This document shows, in pieces, positions 37,920 to 48,393 of a stretch of DNA of 59,088 nt. Below the pieces are notes generated by a model. It ran no database searches, was not told the DNA's origin, and saw only the letters and a program-made list of their open reading frames with translations. Every line of letters starts with the position of its first letter. Within the stretch, counting starts at the first letter, position 1. This stretch comes from a virus (Duplodnaviria; Caudoviricetes). A program made the translations under genes and the position numbers. The stretch spans positions 1 through 59,088 of the IMG/VR virus record IMGVR_UViG_3300035388_000078; one strand, given 5' to 3'.

Positions 37920-38557
37920 ATAATATCATCGAAAACAATCGGTACCCGGGCCTGAAGCTCTGCAAGCAAAGGTTTCATTAATGCGCTCATCTGAGGATGG
38001 GCAGCTTTAGAACATCGAAGGGAAAAGATGTGCCGCCATTCCCTGATATTGGCTTTCCAGACGATTTCAGTTTTAAGGGAATTTGGGAGAACTTCCCTGG
38101 CTTGTTCCGGACGCCAACCACTATCTAAAAGGCGCTTATACATGATCTCAGAATTCAAGCATGCATCCATCCAAGTATATTCAGTGTCGGTGTACTTTAT
38201 TGATTTTAGTTTTTTAAAAGAAGCACCGACTACGTCTTTGTCGCACCAGACAGGACGAATAAATTCCATTTCACCGTCATACTTTACATACCGGGTGGAT
38301 TCCTGGGCAAAAGAAGATAGTCTGTGCCGTACAATCTCATGGGTCACACCACGATTTGTAACGAACTTGACAATTATATTACCAAATTCAATCATGGCGT
38401 GGTGGCCTCTCTTAATCAGCATTTCAACAAATTTTTCAGCGCTATCCGGTGTTATTTTGTCCTCTGATTTGTAGCAAGTCCGCCCTGCCCGTTCCATCAT
38501 CAGAAGGATATTTTCCGGCAGGGATAAAATTTCATGTGACTGTTCGATAATTTTCAT
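37916..38557 (-). CDS. thyX: FAD-dependent thymidylate synthase
   Basis: THEIVRHRLSSFAQESTRY signature; AREVLP, N.REWRH, AHPQM. Confidence 0.95.
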   Translation of the reverse strand: MKIIEQSHEILSLPENILLMMERAGRTCYKSEDKITPDSAEKFVEMLIKRGHHAMIEFGNIIVKFVTNRGVTHEIVRHRLSSFAQESTRYVKYDGEMEFIRPVWCDKDVVGASFKKLKSIKYTDTEYTWMDACLNSEIMYKRLLDSGWRPEQAREVLPNSLKTEIVWKANIREWRHIFSLRCSKAAHPQMSALMKPLLAELQARVPIVFDDII

Positions 38558-38949
38558 TTTTTTCTCCATATATTATAAATTGTTGACATTGAGCAATTAG
38601 CTTTAATAGAAGCTTCACGAGCTGTTATTTTACCTTTACATTTTTTTATTTTCTTGATGGTTTCAACATTATTTAAAATTTTATTTTTGTTATTCCCGCC
38701 ACCTGGCCTTCTTGCCCATCCCCATCTTTCCATCCAAAAACAGATAGGTGGTGGAGTCTTGTCAAGCAGGTCACTAATTTCTATCAAATTGCGGTCATGG
38801 GTATAATAATGGTCATAAACAAGTTCAGAGACATATTTATATCCATGAGATTCTACTGCCACATAAAGGTCGTCTTTGTAAGTAAATTGGACCATGGCAT
38901 CCAGGGCTTTGAAATCTGGTTTTTTCTTTTCCTTTTTTTTTGCCGGCAT
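38554..38949 (-). CDS. Hypothetical DNA-binding (HTH-like) protein
   Basis: C-terminal TAREASIKANCSMSTIYNIW. Confidence 0.55.
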   Translation of the reverse strand: MPAKKKEKKKPDFKALDAMVQFTYKDDLYVAVESHGYKYVSELVYDHYYTHDRNLIEISDLLDKTPPPICFWMERWGWARRPGGGNNKNKILNNVETIKKIKKCKGKITAREASIKANCSMSTIYNIWRKK

Positions 38950-39293
38950 TATAGTTTTCCTTGTCGTTTTTTAATTTTGGTTCCTTTCATCCCAGACCGA
39001 CTATCAAGCATTCGTCTATGCATAAAGACAGGCCTGGGCACCATTGACTTATATGTTTGTTTTTTCGGTACTGGTTGGTAATAAGACTGGAAGGTATCCC
39101 AGACAATGGGTTCCCTATCTATAAATTCAAACGGTTGGACTTCAATCTGATTATGAATTTTTTTCCATTCGTTGGTTTCATCATCAACGATCATGATAGG
39201 GACTAATGCATCTGCGAAAATTTCAGAAATACGACTGGACATAGGGATCATCGTAATAATTATAAACGCACCCTTAACCTTATTTGGTTTCAT
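38949..39293 (-). CDS. Hypothetical protein
   Basis: ORF coupled to the downstream gene. Confidence 0.45.
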   Translation of the reverse strand: MKPNKVKGAFIIITMIPMSSRISEIFADALVPIMIVDDETNEWKKIHNQIEVQPFEFIDREPIVWDTFQSYYQPVPKKQTYKSMVPRPVFMHRRMLDSRSGMKGTKIKKRQGKL

Positions 39294-39381
39294 AACAACG
39301 TTCCCGATAATTAAAATTTATTTCCATTTATGTTTCCTTTTTGGGTAATAATTGAGCAAAAAAAAGGCATACCATTAACTT

Positions 39382-40665
39382 TTAACGGACCCCAAAACCC
39401 AAAATAAATTCTGTTATGTTTCCCTTTTTATGGGTATACCATTGATCCTTAGGACAACGATTCATTTCATAACAATTTTTTTTTGAAATTAAGCAAATAT
39501 AATTTTTTGCATGCACACAATTGCGACCATGAGCACAGGTTTTTATCGTCATTTTTTTGGTTTCATCTATTTTGGTTTCATCTATTTTGGCATTTTCAGG
39601 TTTTGATTTTATTTTATTTTTTTTCTTAGGTGGTAATGATTTTTGCACAAATCGTTTTTCATCAGCTTGTTTTTCAAACCAATCACGTAAATTAATTCCT
39701 TTTTCATATGCTTCCCCAGGGTCTTTACCTGCAGGAACTGGACAGGTTATAGTTCCAGGATATTGAATTTTCCACCATTTCACCTCTTCCCGACCTGCAT
39801 CATCATTATCAAGACATAAAAGAGGTTGATTTTTAGACAGTTCTTCATGTGTTTGGACATCTGGCCGGGCGGTTGAGTTCCCAATGGCCTTAACATCACT
39901 TAAATCGCCAAATTCTTGCCAGGAAAGCCATCCATCAAGTTCCGCTTCAACAAGAAAAATACTTTTAAAAGGATTACTCTTGGAAGGATATGAAAAATAT
40001 TCTGTGGAAGACCCGGCTAATAAAATATATTGATCATCATTAACAGGCTTATCTTGTCGCACACGGATTCTGGTTATTTTACCATTCAAGAAAAAAGGAA
40101 TAAGAAATCCCCTGGGCACCCATATAGTCTTTGAGTATCCAGCTTTATTTAAAGATCGTTCTAAGCCCCATGTTTCCCGGTCAAACTTACGAGTGTTGTT
40201 ATTCCATCCGATACGAGCCTTTTTGATTGTCTCAATTGTAAGCCCTCTTGAATAAAGGTATTCCCGGTGTGGTTTTCCCATGGGAGACATCAGATATTTA
40301 AACGCCTGGAAAGTAACTGTTTCTGCATTTTCCTGCCATACTTGTGGAGGTGATTTAACTTCACGGGGATTCCAGTTTTCTTTCTTTGCAAACTTTTCTT
40401 CAAGAAATGTTTTTTTAAATTCAGGCGTCCTGTCAGCTTTTAAACAGGCCTCATGGTATGACAATCCATCAAAATCACGATAAAATTGAATAATATCCCC
40501 TGCTTTTTTACATCGGCGGCAAACATAGTGATCTTTTTCAGGAAGAATCGAAAAACGATCATTTCCACCACACCATGGACAAGGGCCTTTATATTCCCCA
40601 CCACCTGTTGACGCCGCTTTTTTATAAACATGTCCAATGTTTTCAATTGCTTGCAAAATATCCAT
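39382..40665 (-). CDS. DNA primase (Zn ribbon + TOPRIM)
   Basis: GPCPWCGGNDRF..CRRC..GD, VEAELD, DNDDAG, GKDPGE. Confidence 0.85.
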   Translation of the reverse strand: MDILQAIENIGHVYKKAASTGGGEYKGPCPWCGGNDRFSILPEKDHYVCRRCKKAGDIIQFYRDFDGLSYHEACLKADRTPEFKKTFLEEKFAKKENWNPREVKSPPQVWQENAETVTFQAFKYLMSPMGKPHREYLYSRGLTIETIKKARIGWNNNTRKFDRETWGLERSLNKAGYSKTIWVPRGFLIPFFLNGKITRIRVRQDKPVNDDQYILLAGSSTEYFSYPSKSNPFKSIFLVEAELDGWLSWQEFGDLSDVKAIGNSTARPDVQTHEELSKNQPLLCLDNDDAGREEVKWWKIQYPGTITCPVPAGKDPGEAYEKGINLRDWFEKQADEKRFVQKSLPPKKKNKIKSKPENAKIDETKIDETKKMTIKTCAHGRNCVHAKNYICLISKKNCYEMNRCPKDQWYTHKKGNITEFILGFGVR

Positions 40666-40681
40666 ATTTCATATTTCCCTA

Positions 40682-41001
40682 TTCTGGTGAGTTTTTGAAA
40701 AAATCAAAAACTCACCAGAAATGTTATTGATATTATTAACAAAACCTGTTTTCTGGTGGGTTTTTAAAAAAAAATCTAATAATAGGCTTTCCTGCGCGGG
40801 TGTGCGCGCGTGATGTGCGCGCGTACGATGTATCTGTATATAATTATTAAAAACACACCAAGATTTTAATATATATAATAATATTAAATAGTTATAATAT
40901 AAGTCTGGTGAGTTTTTGAATGATTCTGGTGAGTTTTTGAATGATTCTGGTGAGTTTTTGATCAATTCTGGTGAGTTTTTGGATGATTCTGGTGAGTTTT
41001 T
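40682..41001. repeat. Iteron array, probable phage replication origin
   Basis: TCTGGTGAGTTTTT at 40904, 40925, 40946, 40967 and 40988 (21-bp period); perfect 17-bp inverted pair at 40682-40720; degenerate copy at 40751; AT-rich tract ~40860-40900. Confidence 0.85.
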
Positions 41002-41005
41002 CATT

Positions 41006-42637
41006 TTAAAAAGCATCTCCTGGATTAATGGTAAGAATAATGCCTTTGTAATAATAACATCCAAGATAAGGAGATGGCGGTTCAATTTTTTTTAGAATAG
41101 CTTCTTTAAAATGTTTTTGATTTAGATGATTAAAACCAGATTCTTTACACCAACTTTTATAAACAAAATATAATTCTTTAGGTTTTGTCCGTAGGGATGT
41201 ATTTCCCTTTTCGATGAAACAACATTCTTCAAAAAAATAACCTATTATATCCTCTTCTTCACGATATTTATGTTTAGCGGCAAGTAACGACTCTGGTATG
41301 TTCAATCTGTCTTTTATCCATAACGATGTTCCCTGAACCAACCATTTTAAAATACCCGGTGCTTCTTTTTTCAACTCTTCCCCAAGTTTTGGATTTTTAA
41401 GGCGTTGCCATGGCTTTAACGGATCAGGTTTATCAACGAATGACAAACTGAAAGGGATCAGGATAACACGATCCCAAAAGGCATCATCATCAGCATCGAC
41501 CTTGGGCAAAGGATTGACAACAGTGATAATGGTATGCGTAGGAGGGAAATCTGTTTCTTTTCGGTCAAAAGGGTTTCTGGCAGAAATTGTATCCCCTCCG
41601 GATAAACCCTTAACAATTGCTGTGTCAAGATGGTCTTTTTTGTTGGCCTCACTGGTCCAGACAATCCTGGCTCCTCTGAACTTCATTAAGGTGGCATTCG
41701 GACCAGTACCGGTTGACTTGATCCCTTGCATAACCAATTGTGTTGGGGCTCTGTAAGCCATAAGGCCGAGAATAATTTTTAAGGTTTCAAGAATAGTGCC
41801 TTTCCCATTCCTGCCATGTTCACCCCAAAAAATAGGATAGATGTGTTCTTCTCTAAGCCCGGTGATGGCATACCCCAAAAGTCTTTGCATAAAATCAACC
41901 ATCTCTTGATCACCTTCAAAAATTTCCAATAAAAAGCGTTCCCAGGCCGGACAAGTAGCATTCTCATCCCATGCAATTGGGGATACAGTTTTGATATAAT
42001 CTTCAGGCCTGCCATCCCTAAATTGTCCTTTTTCCAAATCAATCACTCCATTCCGGCAACCTATTAACCAGGGATTTAAATCCCAACCATCACCAACATA
42101 CCCAAGGGAATTCACTCCCATGGATGCCAATTTTAGAATACTGGATTTCCGTTTCAGAGTCTGAAGCTGTTTTTCTCTTTCCTTGAGTATTTTGATTCGT
42201 GATTTGCAATATTTTATTTCTGTATCCCTTTCTTCAGCTGATAATTTTTTATTGTTTTCAGCTTTTTTAATTTTCCAAATTTCTCGCTGATGCTGTTCAT
42301 AATATACACCAACCACCTCTCGAACTAATTTGAATACCTCTTTTTGTTCATCCTCTCGCCAATGATGGTCATTCCAATAATACCAGGCAGCAAGCGGGTT
42401 CACCCGTTGGTCATAAAGCCGATGCCCCTGGAATAGTTTAATAAATAAAGCGGCATCACCATCTTCATTTTCGTCCAGGGCTTGATATATTATTTTTTCA
42501 GGAAAGCGGCCTTCTGGAATTTCTTTGTCAACAGAAGAGACCTCTTTTGAAAGGCCTTGCTCTTGTAATTGCTCTTTTGCGGCCTTATTGAGTTCTTTGG
42601 CTGATATGCCTTTTTCCTTCTTTTCTGGTTTGTTCAT
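41006..42637 (-). CDS. D5/P4-family SF3 primase-helicase
   Basis: NGVIDL..G.FR, GRNGKGT Walker A, VKGLSGGD.I.AR, DDAFWDR. Confidence 0.9.
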   Translation of the reverse strand: MNKPEKKEKGISAKELNKAAKEQLQEQGLSKEVSSVDKEIPEGRFPEKIIYQALDENEDGDAALFIKLFQGHRLYDQRVNPLAAWYYWNDHHWREDEQKEVFKLVREVVGVYYEQHQREIWKIKKAENNKKLSAEERDTEIKYCKSRIKILKEREKQLQTLKRKSSILKLASMGVNSLGYVGDGWDLNPWLIGCRNGVIDLEKGQFRDGRPEDYIKTVSPIAWDENATCPAWERFLLEIFEGDQEMVDFMQRLLGYAITGLREEHIYPIFWGEHGRNGKGTILETLKIILGLMAYRAPTQLVMQGIKSTGTGPNATLMKFRGARIVWTSEANKKDHLDTAIVKGLSGGDTISARNPFDRKETDFPPTHTIITVVNPLPKVDADDDAFWDRVILIPFSLSFVDKPDPLKPWQRLKNPKLGEELKKEAPGILKWLVQGTSLWIKDRLNIPESLLAAKHKYREEEDIIGYFFEECCFIEKGNTSLRTKPKELYFVYKSWCKESGFNHLNQKHFKEAILKKIEPPSPYLGCYYYKGIILTINPGDAF

Positions 42638-43131
42638 ATTTTACAAAACTCCATCTTACCGCCCCTTTGACGGTCATCCCAAAAACGATTCAAGGTCAAA
42701 AATATGTGTTTTTCTGTAAAACTCCGATTTGGGCATGGCCATGGCTTAAATCCATACCGTTGAGAAAAAGCCAAAATACTTCGATACACAGTTTTTGGTA
42801 GCATCTGTGATAAAGGGGGTGGGTCTTGAAATATTGTTTGAAAATCCGCTTCTATGACTAACTCGGCATGGTCAAATTTTGACATTCGCTGTATCTCACA
42901 TTCAAAGCGTTCTCTGCCCCGGCCAAATGATTGAAAGAGGTCAGGCAAAGATTTCCGTTCGATGCAAATTGAATGTGAATCGTCTGGAGTTGACATGCCT
43001 TCAATAGAATAATCCCCGGTTTTCAAGGTGGCGAACTCATATTGCAGATTAGGGAAATCCGGATCCCCCACTTTGTCAAATAAGACAGGTAGTTGTTCCC
43101 GGGTGTCGATTAATATTAGTGGGTATTTCAT
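42634..43131 (-). CDS. ERCC4-family nuclease
   Basis: IDTREQ, L.TGDYS, IERKS..DL motifs. Confidence 0.88.
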   Translation of the reverse strand: MKYPLILIDTREQLPVLFDKVGDPDFPNLQYEFATLKTGDYSIEGMSTPDDSHSICIERKSLPDLFQSFGRGRERFECEIQRMSKFDHAELVIEADFQTIFQDPPPLSQMLPKTVYRSILAFSQRYGFKPWPCPNRSFTEKHIFLTLNRFWDDRQRGGKMEFCKI

Positions 43132-43154
43132 ATTGGTAAAATCTATGTCCTCTA

Positions 43155-44726
43155 TTATAGTATCAGTTCTCTACACAGGGCCTCAGCAACCCTACCCGGG
43201 ACCGCATTACCTATCTGCTTAACAATCTCACCCTTGTTGCCGGCAAACTGATAATCCATAGGGAATGATTGTGCTGCAGCAAGTTCATGGGGCTGTAGCA
43301 TCCGCAACCGGATATCAAGCCATATGCTTTTTTTAAATATTTCAATCAGGCCATACCGGTCTCTTGTGGTGACGGTCCCTATGGGCTTATCTACGGACTG
43401 AGCTTTGCTCTGACCAAAATATTTAATCAGGTGAGCATGGACCAAGGCATGGCTTTGCTGAGTTATGACTGTGGGAGCTGGCTTGTCCAGGGAACGAACA
43501 TAACTTTCCCCGGCTGATTTGTGATCGATGCCGACCAGAAATGAAGGCTCAACCAACATTTCGGCCCCGGTGGTTGTCAGCGTGGACAAGGGCTTCTCAA
43601 TAGATTTTACTCGTAGCTGGCCCGCCCCACCTTGTTGCTGAGGCAGGATGAAGGGTTGGACAAGGGCCTTGCCAGGGCGGGTCGTCAAAGTGGGAAAGGG
43701 TCTTTCCAATGACCGGACCCTTTGGGGCCCTGTGTGAGTATAATTTTGATCAATCAAAAATGGCTGGCAGAGATACATATTCTGTTTTGTGGTCAAGGTA
43801 GGCATAGGGAAATTAATGTCCCGTGACATGCTCTTTCCCTTCATGATCGTAAGGAATGGACTACATAAACCTATGTGTTGCCCATTGGCCGTGATAGTGG
43901 GGACCGGGTTATTCAGGGACACCCCTTTACTGGTACCAAAAAATTTCACAAGGAAATCCTCACCACCAAATTTTTTTAAACCATATTCAATCCGGGCCAG
44001 GGTCTTGACTGCCAATGGTTTTTTTCGGGTAAAAATAGATTGCCCCTCGAGGGACCAGTCAATAATATTTTTAGCTGGCACCCATGGCTTAATTACTTTC
44101 CCTCCATAACCATTATATCCTTTTTCGGCATGAGTGGCACTCGGCCAGCTGATCCGCTTATTTCCTCGCTTGGCAATGAGAAAAAACCGCTTACGACAAG
44201 TGGGGTCACCATAATCCGCAGCATTTAGCACCCGGAACTCCACCCTGTACCCAAGAGACTCAAGAGCAAAAATAAAAGCTTTAAAAGTTTGCCCTTTTTT
44301 GGATTTCATGGGCTTGCCGTTTGCCCCAAGAGGCCCCCATGATTGAAATTCTGGAACATTTTCAATCAAGATTCTATCAATATATAGAGCCTCAGCCCAA
44401 CGCACCACCTCCCATGCACCGGCCCTGGATTGATCAGAACAAGGGGTACCCCCGCGGGCATTGCTATAATGGGTACACTCAGGGCTTGCCACAAGTAATT
44501 TGATCCTGCCTCCCGGAAAAACTTTCCGGGGATTTAAATTATTAATACCTTCACAAAGGTGCCGGACCTGGGGATGGTTTTTGGTATGGGTTTCAATTGC
44601 TTTGTCCCAATGGTTTATGGCTGTGAGTTCTACTTTTTTTCCCAAGGATTTAGCAGCCCGAATCAAGCCGGTACTTGTTCCGCCTGCACCACAATAAAAA
44701 TCTGCAACTTGAATTATTTCTGTCAT
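43155..44726 (-). CDS. DNA (cytosine-5)-methyltransferase
   Basis: DFYCGAGG, SPEC, ENV, R.RFF, KQIGNAV motifs; repetitive variable region. Confidence 0.92.
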   Translation of the reverse strand: MTEIIQVADFYCGAGGTSTGLIRAAKSLGKKVELTAINHWDKAIETHTKNHPQVRHLCEGINNLNPRKVFPGGRIKLLVASPECTHYSNARGGTPCSDQSRAGAWEVVRWAEALYIDRILIENVPEFQSWGPLGANGKPMKSKKGQTFKAFIFALESLGYRVEFRVLNAADYGDPTCRKRFFLIAKRGNKRISWPSATHAEKGYNGYGGKVIKPWVPAKNIIDWSLEGQSIFTRKKPLAVKTLARIEYGLKKFGGEDFLVKFFGTSKGVSLNNPVPTITANGQHIGLCSPFLTIMKGKSMSRDINFPMPTLTTKQNMYLCQPFLIDQNYTHTGPQRVRSLERPFPTLTTRPGKALVQPFILPQQQGGAGQLRVKSIEKPLSTLTTTGAEMLVEPSFLVGIDHKSAGESYVRSLDKPAPTVITQQSHALVHAHLIKYFGQSKAQSVDKPIGTVTTRDRYGLIEIFKKSIWLDIRLRMLQPHELAAAQSFPMDYQFAGNKGEIVKQIGNAVPGRVAEALCRELIL

Positions 44727-45997
44727 ATTCCATACTCCAATTGCCTGCGTTCCTGTTGAATTTGGGCTAAAAAACCGGTTAATTTTGTATGACGATCATT
44801 GGGTTTCCGGTTTCGAATGGCCTTGGTAATGGTATTGAAAGCCCCAACTGTAATAACAATTTCTTTGCCTCTGGATATGGCCGTGTAAATCCAACTATTA
44901 GAAAGGAACATATTAAATTGTTTGTGTACGGGAATTATAATTACTGGAGCCTCACTGCCCTGGAACCTATGACATGTAATGCAATAGGCATGGAGTAAAT
45001 GTTTGTCTTTTTTCGGGATAACGACTTGCCGGTCCGGGTCAATGAAGGTAACAATCAAATCCTTGGGCTTTATCTCATTAACAAAACCAATGTCACCATT
45101 GACAATGTATTCCTCACCACCGTTGCCATCTGCCCCGGCATATTCGGTGTTTTTAGTGTTGATAACCTTGTCACCCACCCGTAAAGGATAGTCACCGGCA
45201 TCCCAAGCTTTTGGATTTAGTCTATCCCGCAACTGCTCATTGATGCTTTTACAAGACAACAGACCCTTTTCGTTGACCGGACTGATAACCTGGACATCAT
45301 TGATAGGATCATATCCCCGAAGCGGCATCCGATCACAAAAGATTGCTTCAATTCCTGCCAAGGTTTTTTCAGGTGTCCCACATTCGACATGAATTAGATT
45401 GACCGGGGATTCAGCTTCTAAATCCAGAATGGTGGGAGGCGAATAAAGAATCCCCTGTTTAATTTTATGACAGGCAGAAACAATGGTCCCGGAGTTCCTT
45501 TGGACAATATCAAGCTCAGTATGGGGTATGATTTTGGATGCAAGCAAGTCACGAAGTACGGCCCCTGGTCCCACACTTGGTAATTGATCCTGATCTCCAA
45601 TAAACAATACTTTTGTTTTTCTGGGATCAACGGCTTCCATAACCCGGCACATTAAATCATTGGTAATCATGGATATTTCATCTATGATAAGCAGATCACA
45701 AGGCAAGGGTTTATTTTTGCCATGAATAAATTGGAATTTTCCATTAATATGTTCACACCCAAGTAATGCATGGATGGTAGAGGCATAATGTTTTGTGGCA
45801 TCCATCATCCGCTTTGCCGCTTTCCCCGTAGGAGCTGCTTGGGCGATATGTAATTTTTCAGTTTGTGCCCATTGGATAATTTTTAAAGTTGTGGTTGTTT
45901 TCCCGGTCCCGGGACCCCCGGTCAGAATGGAAATTGAATATTTTTTAACCATATCAATCGCGGCTTCCTGCTGAATGGTTAGGATAATTTCACTCAT
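44723..45997 (-). CDS. RecD2-like helicase, motor half
   Basis: TGGPGTGKT, APTGKAA, IDEISM, GDQDQLPSV, H.FQGSE, YTAISR. Confidence 0.9.
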   Translation of the reverse strand: MSEIILTIQQEAAIDMVKKYSISILTGGPGTGKTTTTLKIIQWAQTEKLHIAQAAPTGKAAKRMMDATKHYASTIHALLGCEHINGKFQFIHGKNKPLPCDLLIIDEISMITNDLMCRVMEAVDPRKTKVLFIGDQDQLPSVGPGAVLRDLLASKIIPHTELDIVQRNSGTIVSACHKIKQGILYSPPTILDLEAESPVNLIHVECGTPEKTLAGIEAIFCDRMPLRGYDPINDVQVISPVNEKGLLSCKSINEQLRDRLNPKAWDAGDYPLRVGDKVINTKNTEYAGADGNGGEEYIVNGDIGFVNEIKPKDLIVTFIDPDRQVVIPKKDKHLLHAYCITCHRFQGSEAPVIIIPVHKQFNMFLSNSWIYTAISRGKEIVITVGAFNTITKAIRNRKPNDRHTKLTGFLAQIQQERRQLEYGI

Positions 45998-46893
45998 TAT
46001 GATGCAATCCTTTCTAATGATATAAGCATTTTGGCTATTGCCAGTTCATCTTTGGCCATGTTGAAAAAAGCGATGTCCCCGTCAATATCAATCAATGTTT
46101 CATCTTCAAGCAATGCTTCTAACCCTTCCCCCAGGTTCTTTATTTGAATAAGCTCATAGACTTTTTCGATAAGGCGTTCTTTTTGGATCCAGACGTTTCC
46201 ATCTTGATTCACACCTTTCATTGCATGAATGGTGGCTGCTTTTTTCCGTTCAAGGCTGTCGCGGGGAATTTCGACGCTGAGGATGGCTATCTTATCAGCC
46301 AAGGCAAAGCCGATGCCATGGAATTGAACCAGCATATAGGGATTTTCAAGAACCCGGTCAGCAGCTTCATGTTTATATGCTGTTAATAAATCCGGTATAA
46401 GAGATTTCCGCATACCCGGGATATTGAGAAGTGATTCAAGTTTGATCATCACATCCTCATATTCAGCATGTTTGATAAGTTCTGCCTGTATATCCAGGGC
46501 ACGTTCAATTGTTATTCCATGAATGTTTTCAGAAAAGCGTTCCGGTTCTTCTTTCATAATTCGCAAGGCATCTTCTCCGAAACTATCCAATATCTGGTTA
46601 CCAATGGCAGGTCCGACAAATTTACAGATTCGGACCAGGTAATTAAAAATTCCCTTGGCATCGGTCGGCTCAACTGTTCGGTATATGTCAAACTTGAATT
46701 GTTTGCCAAACTTTGCGTTATCCTGCCATTCACCGGTAAGAACATATTCCAGGCCTTCCTGGGCATTAGGCAAAGTACCTAATGTGCTAAAAGGTCCAAT
46801 CGGCCCGTCAAATGCAGCAATGATAAAATGGGTTTCGTTATTTGAAAAAATAATGCGGGATAATCGGCCTGATACTTCTTGTCTTACTGTCAT
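45997..46893 (-). CDS. RecD2-like helicase, N-terminal OB/HhH half
   Basis: G.W....FG.QF, VGP, ENPY.L...GIGF..AD.IA motifs. Confidence 0.85.
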   Translation of the reverse strand: MTVRQEVSGRLSRIIFSNNETHFIIAAFDGPIGPFSTLGTLPNAQEGLEYVLTGEWQDNAKFGKQFKFDIYRTVEPTDAKGIFNYLVRICKFVGPAIGNQILDSFGEDALRIMKEEPERFSENIHGITIERALDIQAELIKHAEYEDVMIKLESLLNIPGMRKSLIPDLLTAYKHEAADRVLENPYMLVQFHGIGFALADKIAILSVEIPRDSLERKKAATIHAMKGVNQDGNVWIQKERLIEKVYELIQIKNLGEGLEALLEDETLIDIDGDIAFFNMAKDELAIAKMLISLERIAS

Positions 46894-47655
46894 TTATAAA
46901 GCCTCCAGCATAACCTGAACCTCATAATCGTAGTAATCCAGTGAAATGGGGATAAAATTAGTTGGTGTTATATGGATAAGGGCTCTACGGTATCCTGAAA
47001 CAGAAGGGAAATAACCCTCAAGATCCATAATGTATTGGTAAGTTGATAATTGCAGGGTATATTTTGATATATCGGAAGTCTGAAGGTGATCAATAGGGGA
47101 TAGACATTTTTCTTGTTGAAAACCTTCTCTTTTAATTTCTTTGTTTTGTTTCCAATCAAAAATAAGTATTTCATTGGTGGCCGGGTCATACATAACCAGA
47201 TCGACCATACCGGACAAACCAAGAATCGGGGAAAATACAACCATTTCGGCTGCAATAAAGATAAATCGTTTTAGGAGACCTGTAACAGCCCGGTCAACCT
47301 GAAAAAAGAGTTTAATACATCGTTCTGAAATTGGGGCGGGGATTTGGGATTGCGGCCAGTCGGAAATTTTACTTTCTGCATATAGGTGGGTATTGTCCCC
47401 CTCCCCGCTGCCCCGGTCTCCCTCTGCTTTCCATTCCGCTCTGATTTCTTTGGGGTCTCTTCCTGCGTATTTGGGATTCTTCCCTTTGGAACAACGGACA
47501 GCCACGGCTTCAGCGTCAAATTTTGGGAAAAATTGCCCCACGAAAGAAGTCCCGGAGAGGAACTGCACACCACGATTATCAATATAAGTGTGCGGTTCCT
47601 CCCGGAACGTAATGAAGGCTTTCCCATTAGGGTGATATGCCTTCTTATCAGCCAT
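46894..47655 (-). CDS. PD-(D/E)XK exonuclease
   Basis: G...H.YAE, SG.VDL, DWK.NK, Y.LQLS.Y. Confidence 0.8.
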   Translation of the reverse strand: MADKKAYHPNGKAFITFREEPHTYIDNRGVQFLSGTSFVGQFFPKFDAEAVAVRCSKGKNPKYAGRDPKEIRAEWKAEGDRGSGEGDNTHLYAESKISDWPQSQIPAPISERCIKLFFQVDRAVTGLLKRFIFIAAEMVVFSPILGLSGMVDLVMYDPATNEILIFDWKQNKEIKREGFQQEKCLSPIDHLQTSDISKYTLQLSTYQYIMDLEGYFPSVSGYRRALIHITPTNFIPISLDYYDYEVQVMLEAL

Positions 47656-48296
47656 TAGATTCCTGAAAAATCATTTGTGTTGGCAGGTGCATTAGCGCCC
47701 GGACTTACATTGGTATTGCTCACGGGAAAATCATATCCGGCCCAACCCACACGGACACTTTTTTGAATTTCTCCTAATTTATCTTTCCATACATTCCATT
47801 CTGTTGTGATAACAGCCGTATGTCCAGGAGCATTGGCCCAAATTGCACCACCGATATTCGTATCGTTTGTTGTAATGAGGCCCAGGCGTTTGGCAACAAA
47901 AAGTCGACGTTTTTTTGTTGCTTTTTTCTCTTTTGGATGGAAAAGGAAAATCTCATCCGTAATGAATTGCCCAAGGAACAAAGCTTCAATTTCTGTTTGT
48001 TGGGCAGGCAAGATATCCTGTACTTTTTTGACAATTTCACCATCACGTTTGATCGGATTTCCCTTTCCATCCATAATGGGTTGCTCAACTTTGTAAATGG
48101 CCTTAATACGCATTCTCAACTTTGCGACCATGCAACTATAATCACTAAGAGTTTTTTCAATGGGGGTGCATTCAAACACTTCACACAACATTACACCAAC
48201 CGGCATCCGAGTCTCAATATCATTGGATTGAAGATGGTCCGTTTTTGTAATATTTTCATCAACGTCTACCTGATCCCATGTGTATTCTTCTGTCAT
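47655..48296 (-). CDS. Putative OB-fold ssDNA-binding protein
   Basis: Position in the recombination block; flexible C-terminal tail ending NDFSGI. Confidence 0.45.
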   Translation of the reverse strand: MTEEYTWDQVDVDENITKTDHLQSNDIETRMPVGVMLCEVFECTPIEKTLSDYSCMVAKLRMRIKAIYKVEQPIMDGKGNPIKRDGEIVKKVQDILPAQQTEIEALFLGQFITDEIFLFHPKEKKATKKRRLFVAKRLGLITTNDTNIGGAIWANAPGHTAVITTEWNVWKDKLGEIQKSVRVGWAGYDFPVSNTNVSPGANAPANTNDFSGI

Positions 48297-48393
48297 TTTA
48301 AAGCTCCTTAATTGTTGTTTTTACCATTTTTGTTGTTTATTTAGGTTCCCATTTGGGAAAATCAACTATAAAAAAAATCAAATAAAAAAGATA

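Noticed and set aside
40904-41001. Possible CRISPR array
   Set aside because: 21-bp period with near-identical 7-bp linkers, no unique spacers and no cas genes
40669-41085. 138-aa ORF with KNSPES repeats
   Set aside because: It is the translation of the iteron array and overlaps the helicase end; more simply non-coding origin DNA
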